Below are positions 19,097-28,601 of a stretch of 64,000 nucleotides of DNA, in pieces. The stretch is from positions 154,168 through 218,167 of the forward strand of contig DEWQ01000011.1 of NCBI GenBank assembly GCA_002363705.1, given 5' to 3'. Below the pieces are notes generated by a model. That model saw nothing but the letters and a program-made list of their open reading frames with translations. It was not told the DNA's origin and made no database searches. The position numbers were made by a program, and so were the translations under genes. The stretch is from Bacillales bacterium UBA3206. Lineage in GTDB: Bacteria > Bacillota_I > Bacilli_A > Acholeplasmatales > Anaeroplasmataceae. The number at the start of each line of letters is the position of its first letter. Position 1 is the stretch's first letter.

Positions 19097-19543
19097 GTGT
19101 TTATTAACATTTTTTCTTTTATAATAAATAATAAGAATATACTTCTTCCTAGGAAGAATCACGGAGGTGAAAATATGGGAAGACCTAAAGGTGGAAAAAA
19201 CAAATCATGGACAGTGAATGAAAAATATGAAGTATTAGAGCCTATCATTAAAGGAGAAATATCTCAAAAAGATAGAGCACGAGAACTAGATTTGGCTTAT
19301 GGAATGATGACTAGGTGGCTTACAGCTTATAAAAAAGGTGGCATTGAGGCATTAAAGAATAAGCGTAAGCCTGGTAATCCTTTAGCAAAATATTCTAGTC
19401 GTAAAAAATTATCGTATACTGAGCAATTAGAGTATGAGAATATGAAATTAAGAATCGAGAATGAACGATTAAAAAAAGGATACACATCAAAGGAGGCGGA
19501 TCAAGCAAAACAAAAGAAATTAAACAAAAAGAATTCGCAATAA
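19097..19543 (+). CDS. IS3-family transposase OrfA (HTH)
   Basis: It opens 'MGRPKGGKNKSWTVNEKYEVLEPI...' and has a leucine-zipper-like C-terminus. Confidence 0.8.
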   Translation: MFINIFSFIINNKNILLPRKNHGGENMGRPKGGKNKSWTVNEKYEVLEPIIKGEISQKDRARELDLAYGMMTRWLTAYKKGGIEALKNKRKPGNPLAKYSSRKKLSYTEQLEYENMKLRIENERLKKGYTSKEADQAKQKKLNKKNSQ

Positions 19544-19590
19544 TAGAGTTATTAAGTAAAGATTTTAATATTGATTCATTATGCAAAGCA

Positions 19591-20409
19591 ATGGGATTAT
19601 CACGTTCTGGTTATTATAAATGGTTAAAAAGAAAAGGCACTTTAAATAGGTACGAAAATAGTAGAGTACTATTAAGTAATATGATAAAAGAATATCATAA
19701 TAATCATAAATCATGGGGATATAGACATATAGCAGCTGAAATAAGAAAAGACACTGGTTGGATATTTTCTGATAATCTTTGTCATAAGTGTTGTAAAGCC
19801 TTAAAAATACATTCTAAAGCAAGAAAACTTCCATATAGCAAGTCTGGTGAAGAAAGTATTAAATATCCAAATATGATTTGGAAAGATTGGAATACTACTA
19901 GACCATTTGAAAAGATAGTTACGGATACAACTATATTCTATAATCATAATAAACAATATGATTTAACTTTATATATTGATGTTTTCAACAATGAAATAGT
20001 GGCATACGATTTAGCAGATGGTAAGCATGGAGCGAATACGGCAAATCATATTAGAGCACTAAAAAAGTTACTAAAAGTCAAAATAAAAAGAGGGTATAAA
20101 GACCTTGAAACGATTGTCCATTCTGATCAAGGTATCATATACTCCTCAATGGTATTCGCCAATACCCATAAAGATTATAACATTAAACGTTCTATGAGTC
20201 GAGCAGGAACTCCAACTGATAATCCAATTATTGAAGCTTTAAATGGTTGGATTAAGGAGGAAATGGCTGTCGATTTTGACTTGTATAAAACTAATAATGT
20301 TCATAAAGCAGTCAGAGATTATATCAAATATTATAACAATGAAAGATTAGCATATGCATTACAATACAAAAGCCCTGTCCAGTATAGAACAGAGCTCTCA
20401 TTTAATTAA
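19591..20409 (+). CDS. IS3-family transposase OrfB (DDE integrase core), -1 frame relative to OrfA
   Basis: The DDE residues are in 'VTDTT', 'HSDQG' and 'IEALNGW'. The frame offset is consistent with programmed -1 frameshifting in 19500-19590. Confidence 0.8.
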   Translation: MGLSRSGYYKWLKRKGTLNRYENSRVLLSNMIKEYHNNHKSWGYRHIAAEIRKDTGWIFSDNLCHKCCKALKIHSKARKLPYSKSGEESIKYPNMIWKDWNTTRPFEKIVTDTTIFYNHNKQYDLTLYIDVFNNEIVAYDLADGKHGANTANHIRALKKLLKVKIKRGYKDLETIVHSDQGIIYSSMVFANTHKDYNIKRSMSRAGTPTDNPIIEALNGWIKEEMAVDFDLYKTNNVHKAVRDYIKYYNNERLAYALQYKSPVQYRTELSFN

Positions 20410-20479
20410 ATATTTTTTTAATGTCTACAAACTATTGACTAGTTCATATTATCCTAGACATTTTATAGATTACAAGATA

Positions 20480-21490
20480 TTATTCATTATCAGCAGATGT
20501 GAATGAATAATCAATTGAGAATGCTTGTCCGAATATAGCATCGAAACAGTCAGCATCGAATCCTTCTAACCAATATGTGAATGTTAATCTATAGATTTGG
20601 TTAGCTGAATCTGTTGCGAACATTTCAACTCCTGTATATCCAGCAGTTGTTGGAGTTAAACCTGCATAATTTGCATTAGCCGCAACATACTTATCTCCAG
20701 TAGCATCAGAGAAATTAGTTCCTAATACTGCCTCGATGTATGAGTTTGCAGCATTAGTTCCAGCTAGAGATTGTCCAAAATTAAATATACTTGTTCCTGT
20801 TCTATCAGTATTAGGTGCAATAGATGAACTATCAACATATCCAGCTAATGTTTGAAGTCTTGTATCATCATTTCCAGCTGCACCTTCAAATGCTGTCTTA
20901 GCAGCTGTAGGTGTTTGTGCATCAGCTACTACAGATGTAGAAACAGCCTTAGATACATCAACTACTGAACGTAAAGCATTAAGAGATGAAACCTTAACCT
21001 TATCTCCTGCAGCAAATGACATTGATGAAGGAGTTGTAGCAGTGAAATCCTTTTGAATTGTGTATGCAGAAACTGTCGTAGTTTGTGATGTAGAATCCTC
21101 TGATATTTGTACCTTCTTATTGTTAGCACTAACCTTTAAGAATAGCTCAAATTGAAGAGCTGTTGTTGATGTAGTGTCAATAGTTACATCAGATAGAGTT
21201 GATCCATCTAATGATTGCCACTTATCATCATTAGCAAGAGTTGATCCAGCAGCAACATATGTTAATGCTCCTAACTCGTTTTCTGACTTATCAATTTCTA
21301 CTGAAGATCCCCAGTGATAGCAATCTGTAGAAATTAAGATAGAGTCTGTTGTTGATTGTACACCAACTGTAATGTTTGCAGTTACTGTTGCATTAGTTGT
21401 AAACCATGCAAATGTTGTTGTTCCTAGAGCTACAACAGCGAATGCCATAGATAGTGAACTTAATAATAATTTTCTCGAAATTTTATTCAT
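20480..21490 (-). CDS. TasA/camelysin-like secreted protein (SipW-type signal peptide), paralog 1
   Basis: The N-terminus is 'MNKISRKLLLSSLSMAFAVVALGTTTFAWFT' and the C-terminus is 'YRLTFTYWLEGFDADCFD' (compare TasA '...QFSFEATQWNG'). The protein is Thr/Ser/Ala-rich. Confidence 0.55.
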   Translation of the reverse strand: MNKISRKLLLSSLSMAFAVVALGTTTFAWFTTNATVTANITVGVQSTTDSILISTDCYHWGSSVEIDKSENELGALTYVAAGSTLANDDKWQSLDGSTLSDVTIDTTSTTALQFELFLKVSANNKKVQISEDSTSQTTTVSAYTIQKDFTATTPSSMSFAAGDKVKVSSLNALRSVVDVSKAVSTSVVADAQTPTAAKTAFEGAAGNDDTRLQTLAGYVDSSSIAPNTDRTGTSIFNFGQSLAGTNAANSYIEAVLGTNFSDATGDKYVAANANYAGLTPTTAGYTGVEMFATDSANQIYRLTFTYWLEGFDADCFDAIFGQAFSIDYSFTSADNE

Positions 21491-21617
21491 ATATACCTTT
21501 CTCCTTTTCGTATTTTATTATTATATTTTTCCTTGTTTTTTCATTTTAATGACAACAAATATTCCTGTGTCCTTAACTTAATTATATCACTTAAGTGATT
21601 TTATATCAAGTATTTTG

Positions 21618-23126
21618 TTATTCCCACACGCTAACCAAATACCATTTCTCTCCTTTTGCACTAGGAGTTACTATTGTGTTTGTAAAGTCGAATAATGTTG
21701 GAACATCAGATGTTTTTCCTTCATTATCAAGATAATTGCCATTTTCATCAGACCATGCCCATCCCTTAAACGCGTGTGAATTGTTTGTGATATAGGCTGG
21801 TGAATCGTCTGATATCAGCATATTAAGAATTTGATGTCTAACAATCCTTTTTGTGATGTAGTTTGTATTTGGATTTTTTACCAAATAAGTAAGTTCCAAT
21901 GGATCTTCCTCATAGTGCTTAGTAGTGAATTGCATATCAAACACTAATTGCTGATCTAAAACAAAATCAATACAATCCGCATCCCAACCCTCAATCCATA
22001 ACGTAAGTGTCATAGAGGCTTTCCCATTGTCTCCATACTCATTTGATGCATTTAAGGATAAAATCTTAGCTGCTTCCACTGTGTCAAACCCCTTAAATGT
22101 TGAAGGGATATCATTGTAAGACATAATCTCACTTTCTTCTATTATACCATCAGCGCCTACACCAACACCATCATCCGCCTTCTCTGCTTCATCTTTGCGC
22201 ACCTGATTATAGTAAGAAACCCCTGCATTTTTTGTGTAGTCATAGGCAGCAGCTGCAGCTTGAGCAGCGGCTTCTGCTCCTGTAGCATTATCACGAACAA
22301 TATAGTCAGTACCAGCAGCTAGCTTTGTAGCATACGAACCATTTCCTTTATTCAATTCATAGAATCTAGGATTGCTATCACTTGATGTGGTTACAGCAAA
22401 ACGAGCTGCATCTGAAATATAGGCTCTATAATTTTGTTTAAAGCTTTCAGTTGCATCCGTTTTATCAACATCATCATATGTTGCAGTTCCATTTTGATGA
22501 TTATAGTTAATCATTTTTCCATTTGTCAAATCATAAGATGAAAAATCATGTCTAATATCTTCTGGGAAGCCATAATTGCTTTGCCCAACAGTTCTAATTT
22601 GGGTTTTAGGAATATATGTTCCATCATCATAAGTGAACGTTCCTGTAGAAAAATACACATCCTGTGGAGATTTAGTTTCAGACTTAAAATAAATTTTAAA
22701 CCTTACATATGCCTTACTAGACAATTTAAATATTGTCGCACGATTTTGAAAGTTCTCTCCATCTAAGGTTGTAAGTGGTTTTAAGGTTAGTTTAAAATAC
22801 TCAGCTACACTATCATCAGTAACCTCTATTACTTCACCCTTTTCAGTTAACCACTCATCTTTATTCTCGCCAGCAGATCTTAGGTCCCATCCCTTCATAT
22901 AAGCAACAATTGAAGCGGCAACATCAGTGCTTGTTAGTTGTCTCTTGTAATTTTCTCCGTCAACAGAAATCATCAAATCATCACCTGATGCAGCACCTAA
23001 TTCCATATCACTAAACCAAGCATTTGTATTTAACTTGAACCACGCAAATGTGACAGTTCCTGCAACTACAAACATTAGTACTAGAGTTAGTAAACTAATA
23101 TAAAGTTTTCTTGATAAATTAATCAT
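21618..23126 (-). CDS. TasA/camelysin-like secreted protein, paralog 2
   Basis: It has 'MINLSRKLYISLLTLVLMFVVAGTVTFAWFKLN' and C-terminal 'MTLTLWIEGWDADCIDF'. Confidence 0.55.
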   Translation of the reverse strand: MINLSRKLYISLLTLVLMFVVAGTVTFAWFKLNTNAWFSDMELGAASGDDLMISVDGENYKRQLTSTDVAASIVAYMKGWDLRSAGENKDEWLTEKGEVIEVTDDSVAEYFKLTLKPLTTLDGENFQNRATIFKLSSKAYVRFKIYFKSETKSPQDVYFSTGTFTYDDGTYIPKTQIRTVGQSNYGFPEDIRHDFSSYDLTNGKMINYNHQNGTATYDDVDKTDATESFKQNYRAYISDAARFAVTTSSDSNPRFYELNKGNGSYATKLAAGTDYIVRDNATGAEAAAQAAAAAYDYTKNAGVSYYNQVRKDEAEKADDGVGVGADGIIEESEIMSYNDIPSTFKGFDTVEAAKILSLNASNEYGDNGKASMTLTLWIEGWDADCIDFVLDQQLVFDMQFTTKHYEEDPLELTYLVKNPNTNYITKRIVRHQILNMLISDDSPAYITNNSHAFKGWAWSDENGNYLDNEGKTSDVPTLFDFTNTIVTPSAKGEKWYLVSVWE

Positions 23127-23243
23127 TTGTTTATCAACCCCTTTAGGTTAGTTATAAAACATTTACCGACATTTTATATAAATAAAATCGTAAATCTCTC
23201 ATAATTATATAATATTTTAATATTATGTCAATAAATATTTTTT

Positions 23244-24086
23244 CTATACTAAGCTCTCATGGTATGCTTCGAATGACATACCAATCTTAAGCTTTCCTTC
23301 AATAATTCCCATTCTTTCGTTATTATTTCCATAATAGGCAACACAATCTGGATCATTTCCATCAAGCCACATAATTATAGAAATCTTATAATCCTCACCA
23401 GGATTAAAGTCTAGGAATGCTGTATGATAAATAATATTCTCATCATCCTTTGATGAATAATCAGCATTCCAATCTACTGTTCGATCAGTATGGTAACTTG
23501 AACCAGCAATAGCATTTTTATAATACTCTTCATTTTCCTCAGTAGATTCTGCCTTCTTATAGATAGTACCTGTTGTATCCTTTGTTGTATAAACAAGCTG
23601 TCCATCCTCTTCAGTTCCATGTGAAATAAATACCCAGAATCTTGCAGCCGAAGCTACATCACGAGTATTTTCTGTGATTTTGAATGTAGTTTCTACATCA
23701 CATTGCTTTCCACCTGTGTTAGCTAAATAGAATGTATATCCAATATAATTTCCAGCACTCGATTTGTATCCTCCATCATTATTATAAACGAAGGATTCAA
23801 TGATTTCAGGTTCTGAAATAGGCTGTGCATCAGAATATTCAGGAGCATTAAGGCTTCTTTCACCTTCGCCATCTACTGATTCCTTAAGTACTATTCCCAT
23901 ACCACTTAATTCATCATCAATATTAATTGTAAATCCTCCTGTACTCAAACCATAGTATGTTACAAGACCGATAGTTGTAGCAAGTAGTAAGAATAATACA
24001 ATTAATGTAGCTATTAACTTTTTTCTTCTAAACAAGCTGACCATACGGTCCTTGGCAAGCTTTTCTGATAAATTATCCTTTGCCAT
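23244..24086 (-). CDS. TasA/TapA-like membrane-anchored or secreted protein, paralog 3
   Basis: It has an N-terminal TM/signal and C-terminal 'KISIIMWLDGNDPDCVAY', the same motif as paralogs 1 and 2. Confidence 0.45.
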   Translation of the reverse strand: MAKDNLSEKLAKDRMVSLFRRKKLIATLIVLFLLLATTIGLVTYYGLSTGGFTINIDDELSGMGIVLKESVDGEGERSLNAPEYSDAQPISEPEIIESFVYNNDGGYKSSAGNYIGYTFYLANTGGKQCDVETTFKITENTRDVASAARFWVFISHGTEEDGQLVYTTKDTTGTIYKKAESTEENEEYYKNAIAGSSYHTDRTVDWNADYSSKDDENIIYHTAFLDFNPGEDYKISIIMWLDGNDPDCVAYYGNNNERMGIIEGKLKIGMSFEAYHESLV

Positions 24087-24284
24087 ACTTGGTTATCCTC
24101 CATCATTAATTTACAAATATCATAAAAAATAGTTGCAATATCGTAGCAATCTACTGATACAGCAACTGGCTATCCCATAGGGACCCTATAGCTTTGCGTC
24201 ACTAGATTGCTCTAGTTTAGCCCTCTATCTAGTAGTATTATATACGAAATCTAAAAATATGTCAATTTTTTATGCCTCTAGAGG

Positions 24285-26090
24285 TTACTCCTCTTCATCC
24301 TCTTCTTCATCAGATTCAGAGTCATCTTCCTCTTCATCAGCATCCTCTTGTGCTACCTTTTTCTTTGGCTCCTCTTGTGCTTCAGTAGCATTAGCCTCAG
24401 GCTCTACTTGGCTCTCCTCTGCAGGAGCTTCCTCAGTAACAGTGGACGCTTGCTCAGAGCTTTCAGTAGTTGCTTCTTGGCTATCATTTGCTTCTACAGC
24501 ATTCTGCTCTTCAGCGACTGGAGCTTCTACATTAACCTCAGCCGCAAGATTTTCATCATTATTTTCTTCTGCAGGAGCTTGCTCAGCCTCCTTAGCAGGA
24601 TCAAATGTATGCTCGTCCCACTTACGAAGTCTAATGAAATCAGGAAGCTCAGATTCAGAAATTGGCTTTGAATAATAGTAACCTTGACCTAGAGTTACTC
24701 CAAGTCCCTTTACATATTCAGCCTGATCCTTAGTCTCAATTCCTTCAGATACAACAACACGATGTGCAACATTTGCTGTTTCAATAAGCATCTTAGCAAA
24801 CTTCTCCTTAATTGACTTAGTCTCTTCCTTCTCAGCTGCAAGCTTTTCTGCATCTGATGTTGTAGGTCTAGGATTATTTGAATCTGCCTCAACCTCATCA
24901 AGGAAGAAATTACGAGAAATCTTAATCATATCAATAGGCTCTTTACTAATCTTTGTGATTGTAGAGTAGTCTAGATCAAATCCATCAACTGCAATTGTAA
25001 ATCCTGCATCACGTAGCTTTAATAGGTTTTGCTTAACGTTATCCATCTTCTCAAACATTGCATATCCTGAAATCTCAAGTACAATTGAAGAAGCTGCAAC
25101 TGATGCCTTCTTAGCAACAAGAACTAGATCATCAGCTAGTGATTCATATGTTAATTGCTTTGTAGATAAGTTAAGAGTTAAATGGAAATCATCACCAACA
25201 AGTGGTTGAACCTCCTTAAACTTAGAGCATAATAGCTCAAGTCCCCATTTACCTACCCAATAAATATCTCCACTCTTTTCCATGATAGACATGAACTTAG
25301 CTGGTGGTAATACGCCTTGCTCTGGGTGGTTCCAACGCATTAGAGCCTCAAAACCATAAACATTATCAGTATTAAGGTTAATGATTGGTTGATAATATAG
25401 ACAGAATTCCTTGTTAAGGATAGCCTTCTTGATTTCTAAGAAGAACTTGTAGTTCTCTGACTCATCAGTAGCAAGAGTTCTATAATACATTGTGTATTTA
25501 TTTCCACCCTCACGCTTAGAAATATATGTTGAAAGCTCTAGATTCTTTACAAGCTCTTCTGTAGTTCTTCCACAAGAAGGATACATACAAATACCTGCAG
25601 ATGCAGTAAGAGAAATAGAATCTCTTGTAGATACATAAAGCTTTCCTCTTACATCAGCAAGTAGCTGATCAGTTATTTTACATACCTGCTCATATGTTAA
25701 ATTATCCTTGATGAAAATCATAAATTCATCATTACTATAATTTGAAATTACTGTTCTATAAGGGAATCTTTTAACAAAGCGTTGTGCAATTTCTGTTAAG
25801 AATTCCTGACATTGCTCACGTCCGAATATATCATTCATTGATGTGAAATTATCAATATCAATATAGATTAGAGTAAATTCTCCAAATCTTCCAACCTTCT
25901 TAATATAATTAGAAATAGCTCTATTCATTTCAGCCTTAGTAATAGTCTGCTCTGTTAGATTATCGCTTTCCTCATGGAATTTCTTATAATTGTATTTAAT
26001 TAGGAAGAAAAATAATACTCCTAATAAAATTACTACTAGTACTGCAATTAATGTTACCATTAATGCATTACCTCCTGAAGTTAATAACAT
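24285..26090 (-). CDS. Membrane protein with degenerate GGDEF (SNDEF) and partially degenerate EAL domains; acidic C-terminal tail
   Basis: It has 'EALMRW', 'DGFDLDYS' in place of DDFGTGYSS, 'EGIET', and 'YSNDEF' where GGDEF would be. Confidence 0.7.
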   Translation of the reverse strand: MLLTSGGNALMVTLIAVLVVILLGVLFFFLIKYNYKKFHEESDNLTEQTITKAEMNRAISNYIKKVGRFGEFTLIYIDIDNFTSMNDIFGREQCQEFLTEIAQRFVKRFPYRTVISNYSNDEFMIFIKDNLTYEQVCKITDQLLADVRGKLYVSTRDSISLTASAGICMYPSCGRTTEELVKNLELSTYISKREGGNKYTMYYRTLATDESENYKFFLEIKKAILNKEFCLYYQPIINLNTDNVYGFEALMRWNHPEQGVLPPAKFMSIMEKSGDIYWVGKWGLELLCSKFKEVQPLVGDDFHLTLNLSTKQLTYESLADDLVLVAKKASVAASSIVLEISGYAMFEKMDNVKQNLLKLRDAGFTIAVDGFDLDYSTITKISKEPIDMIKISRNFFLDEVEADSNNPRPTTSDAEKLAAEKEETKSIKEKFAKMLIETANVAHRVVVSEGIETKDQAEYVKGLGVTLGQGYYYSKPISESELPDFIRLRKWDEHTFDPAKEAEQAPAEENNDENLAAEVNVEAPVAEEQNAVEANDSQEATTESSEQASTVTEEAPAEESQVEPEANATEAQEEPKKKVAQEDADEEEDDSESDEEEDEEE

Positions 26091-28510
26091 TACTCCTCAC
26101 CTAACTTTCCGTTACTCTTGTTTTCACTTGAAACCTTACCTGTCTTTAATAAGGCAAAGGCATCTTCCTTAGATAAAGCCTTACCAATATAATATCCTTG
26201 AATTATATCAGCACCAAATTTATGAACAATATCCTTTTGAATCTTAGTTTCAACACCTTCACAAATTACCTTATCTCCAAGCTCCTTACCTAGAGTAATA
26301 ATCTTTGAAGTTAATACCTTACTAAATCTATCTGATTCAATATGCTTTATAAACTCCTTATCAACCTTAATTGTATCAATAGGTAGCTCCTTTAAATAAA
26401 GCATAGATGAATATCCTGTACCAAAATCATCTAGGTGGATTGAAATTCCACGGTTCTTAAGAATTTGAAGCTTTTCAATAACTGTACTGAAGTTTTCCAT
26501 TAGGAATGTTTCTGTTACCTCTAAGGCAATAGCTCCTGGTCTTAGTCCATTTTCTTCAAACTTCTCTAAGAAATCTGCAACGAATCCTGCTTGAACAATT
26601 TGTGCAGGCGATACATTAACTGAAATATGAATATCATACTGCTCCATTTCCTTAGCAGTCTTAAATACATCCGCATTAATGAAGTTTCCTACATCAATGA
26701 TAAATCCATTCTTTTCAGCCATCTTAATGTAAACCTCTGGAGAGATTGTGGCATATTTTGGATTATTCCAACGAAGCAATGCTTCAAATCCACATACTCT
26801 TTCTTGATTTAGCTCATATTGTGGCTGATAGTACATTACGAACTCTCCACGTTGGATAGCAAGCTTTAAATCTTCCTCCATCTCGCGGTCCTTCATAGCA
26901 CTATTTTCTAGATTTACATCATATTTACATACATTTCTTCCAGCTCCCTTAGCACGATTTGTAGCTGTAGTAAGCTTAGATATCAGCATGTCATAATCTA
27001 TGTCTGTTTCTCCATCCATATCTGAGCCTAATACACCAAATGCTGGACGAAGCATAATTTCATTATTATTAATTTGAATAGGCGCCTTTAATTCCTCTAG
27101 CATTCTATCACAAATTTTTAGATTTGAAACCTCATTTGAGTTTTCATCAAGGATTACGAACTCATCTCCCTTTGTATGGAAGATTTCAAGGCCATCAAAA
27201 AATTCATGAAGCTTTTCTGAGAAGAATTTTAGTACATCATTACCTTGATCAAATCCAAGTAATGTATTAATATCCTTAAATCCTCTTAGGTTAACCATAA
27301 TGAATAAATATGGATCCTTAACAGATTTATATTTTTCCTTAACCTCACGATATCTTCTATCAAGAACTACTCCATTATCATCACCTGTAACAAGTGACTT
27401 AGTAGACTTTTCAATTAATATCTTATGATCAATATATTCTTTTGTAATATCCTTACCAATAAGTGAATAATCAGTACCACGCTTTGCAGAATAGAATTCA
27501 AAGTAAACATCATCATGTTCCTTGACTCCTTCTTCATTTAGCATACCAATCCATCCAAGAACAAATTTTCTTTGTTCCTTAATTAAATCCTTAAGTGGTA
27601 AATCCGTATCCATCAATGTCAAATCATTCATTGAGCTAATTGGAAGAGACTTAGTTTCAAATGCTGCCTTAAATGGTCTATTGTAAGAAATAATCTTTCC
27701 ATCAACCTTACATACAACAACAGCGTTTGAACCTCTAAGAGAAATTCCTGCATCAAGTGCTTGACCCTTATTAAGCTTTTTAAATAAGAAAATAAAATTA
27801 ATAACAATTCCTAATAATAATAGTCCTGCACCAATCCAATACATTAATCTAAATTGATTAACATCATTAGTTGTAATAATATCATCTGAGTTAACGAATC
27901 TTAAAAGCTTAAATGAAGAATAATCATCTACAACAATATATCCATCATTTTCTCCTGATGTGACAGTAAGACGGGCTTTATATACCTCTCTACCCTCTTC
28001 ATGTGTTTTATCAAGAATCTTATTAGATAATGTCGCAGAATTTGTTCTTGTTAATATCTCAAGAAGAGATGTTACACGAGAATTATAATCAACATTTGAT
28101 CCTATAACAGTTCCATTATCAATAAGAAGAATTGCATTATCCTCATCATTTAATGCATTAGCCATAACAGTTTGTAGGGCTACTCTTCCATACTCACTAC
28201 CATTTACATAATATACATAACCATCAGATGAAATAGCATATGTGTTATCTCCAAAAATTGAAGAATCATCTATATTTGTAGTTTCAACAGAATCGCTTCC
28301 GTTAACAAATAATGTATTATATTCAGCAATACTTGCATCAAGAGCACTACTAGATGCATCATATGCACTTTCACTTTGATAATATGCATTTTTGACTGTT
28401 GCAGTATCTACACCAGCCTGATAAACTGCAGTGATAGCAATTAAGCACACTAAGAAAAATATTAAAATTATTACATAAACCTTTAAATCTCTTGCGCGCA
28501 TTTTCATCAC
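26090..28510 (-). CDS. Sensor membrane protein with degenerate GGDEF (KGDEF) and canonical EAL c-di-GMP phosphodiesterase domain
   Basis: It has two TM helices flanking a ~200-aa extracytoplasmic domain and the EAL motifs 'EALLRW', 'LEVTE', 'DDFGTGYSS', 'KVDKEF' and 'EGVET'. Confidence 0.8.
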   Translation of the reverse strand: MMKMRARDLKVYVIILIFFLVCLIAITAVYQAGVDTATVKNAYYQSESAYDASSSALDASIAEYNTLFVNGSDSVETTNIDDSSIFGDNTYAISSDGYVYYVNGSEYGRVALQTVMANALNDEDNAILLIDNGTVIGSNVDYNSRVTSLLEILTRTNSATLSNKILDKTHEEGREVYKARLTVTSGENDGYIVVDDYSSFKLLRFVNSDDIITTNDVNQFRLMYWIGAGLLLLGIVINFIFLFKKLNKGQALDAGISLRGSNAVVVCKVDGKIISYNRPFKAAFETKSLPISSMNDLTLMDTDLPLKDLIKEQRKFVLGWIGMLNEEGVKEHDDVYFEFYSAKRGTDYSLIGKDITKEYIDHKILIEKSTKSLVTGDDNGVVLDRRYREVKEKYKSVKDPYLFIMVNLRGFKDINTLLGFDQGNDVLKFFSEKLHEFFDGLEIFHTKGDEFVILDENSNEVSNLKICDRMLEELKAPIQINNNEIMLRPAFGVLGSDMDGETDIDYDMLISKLTTATNRAKGAGRNVCKYDVNLENSAMKDREMEEDLKLAIQRGEFVMYYQPQYELNQERVCGFEALLRWNNPKYATISPEVYIKMAEKNGFIIDVGNFINADVFKTAKEMEQYDIHISVNVSPAQIVQAGFVADFLEKFEENGLRPGAIALEVTETFLMENFSTVIEKLQILKNRGISIHLDDFGTGYSSMLYLKELPIDTIKVDKEFIKHIESDRFSKVLTSKIITLGKELGDKVICEGVETKIQKDIVHKFGADIIQGYYIGKALSKEDAFALLKTGKVSSENKSNGKLGEE

Positions 28511-28601
28511 CCACTTTAACTCATTATACCATATAACGCAAATTTATAAAATACCAAAAAGTTTAAAAAGCCTTAGCACAAAGCTAAAGCTTTCTATACA
28601 T

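Larger units (their letters stand above)
19047..20464 (+). mobile_element. IS3-family insertion sequence (IS150-like), ~1.4 kb, with imperfect terminal inverted repeats
   Basis: IRL 'aaaatgtctaggtattat...gtagacac' matches the reverse complement of IRR '...atgtctacaaac...atcctagacatttt'. Two ORFs sit in 0/-1 frames with an A-rich slippery region, and orfB carries a DDE triad. Confidence 0.8.

Noticed and set aside
24087-24284. Near-palindrome tagggaccctata (about 24207-24219) upstream of the tasA-like triad, considered as an operator
   Set aside because: It is a short imperfect palindrome with a central mismatch that could arise by chance, with no second copy or adjacent regulator gene to support it.
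24259-24675. Plus-strand ORFs (138 aa poly-Ser and 107 aa) overlapping the 3' end of the 601-aa GGDEF/EAL gene
   Set aside because: They are antisense readings of the poly-acidic (GAA/GAT-rich) tail and are compositionally implausible as proteins.
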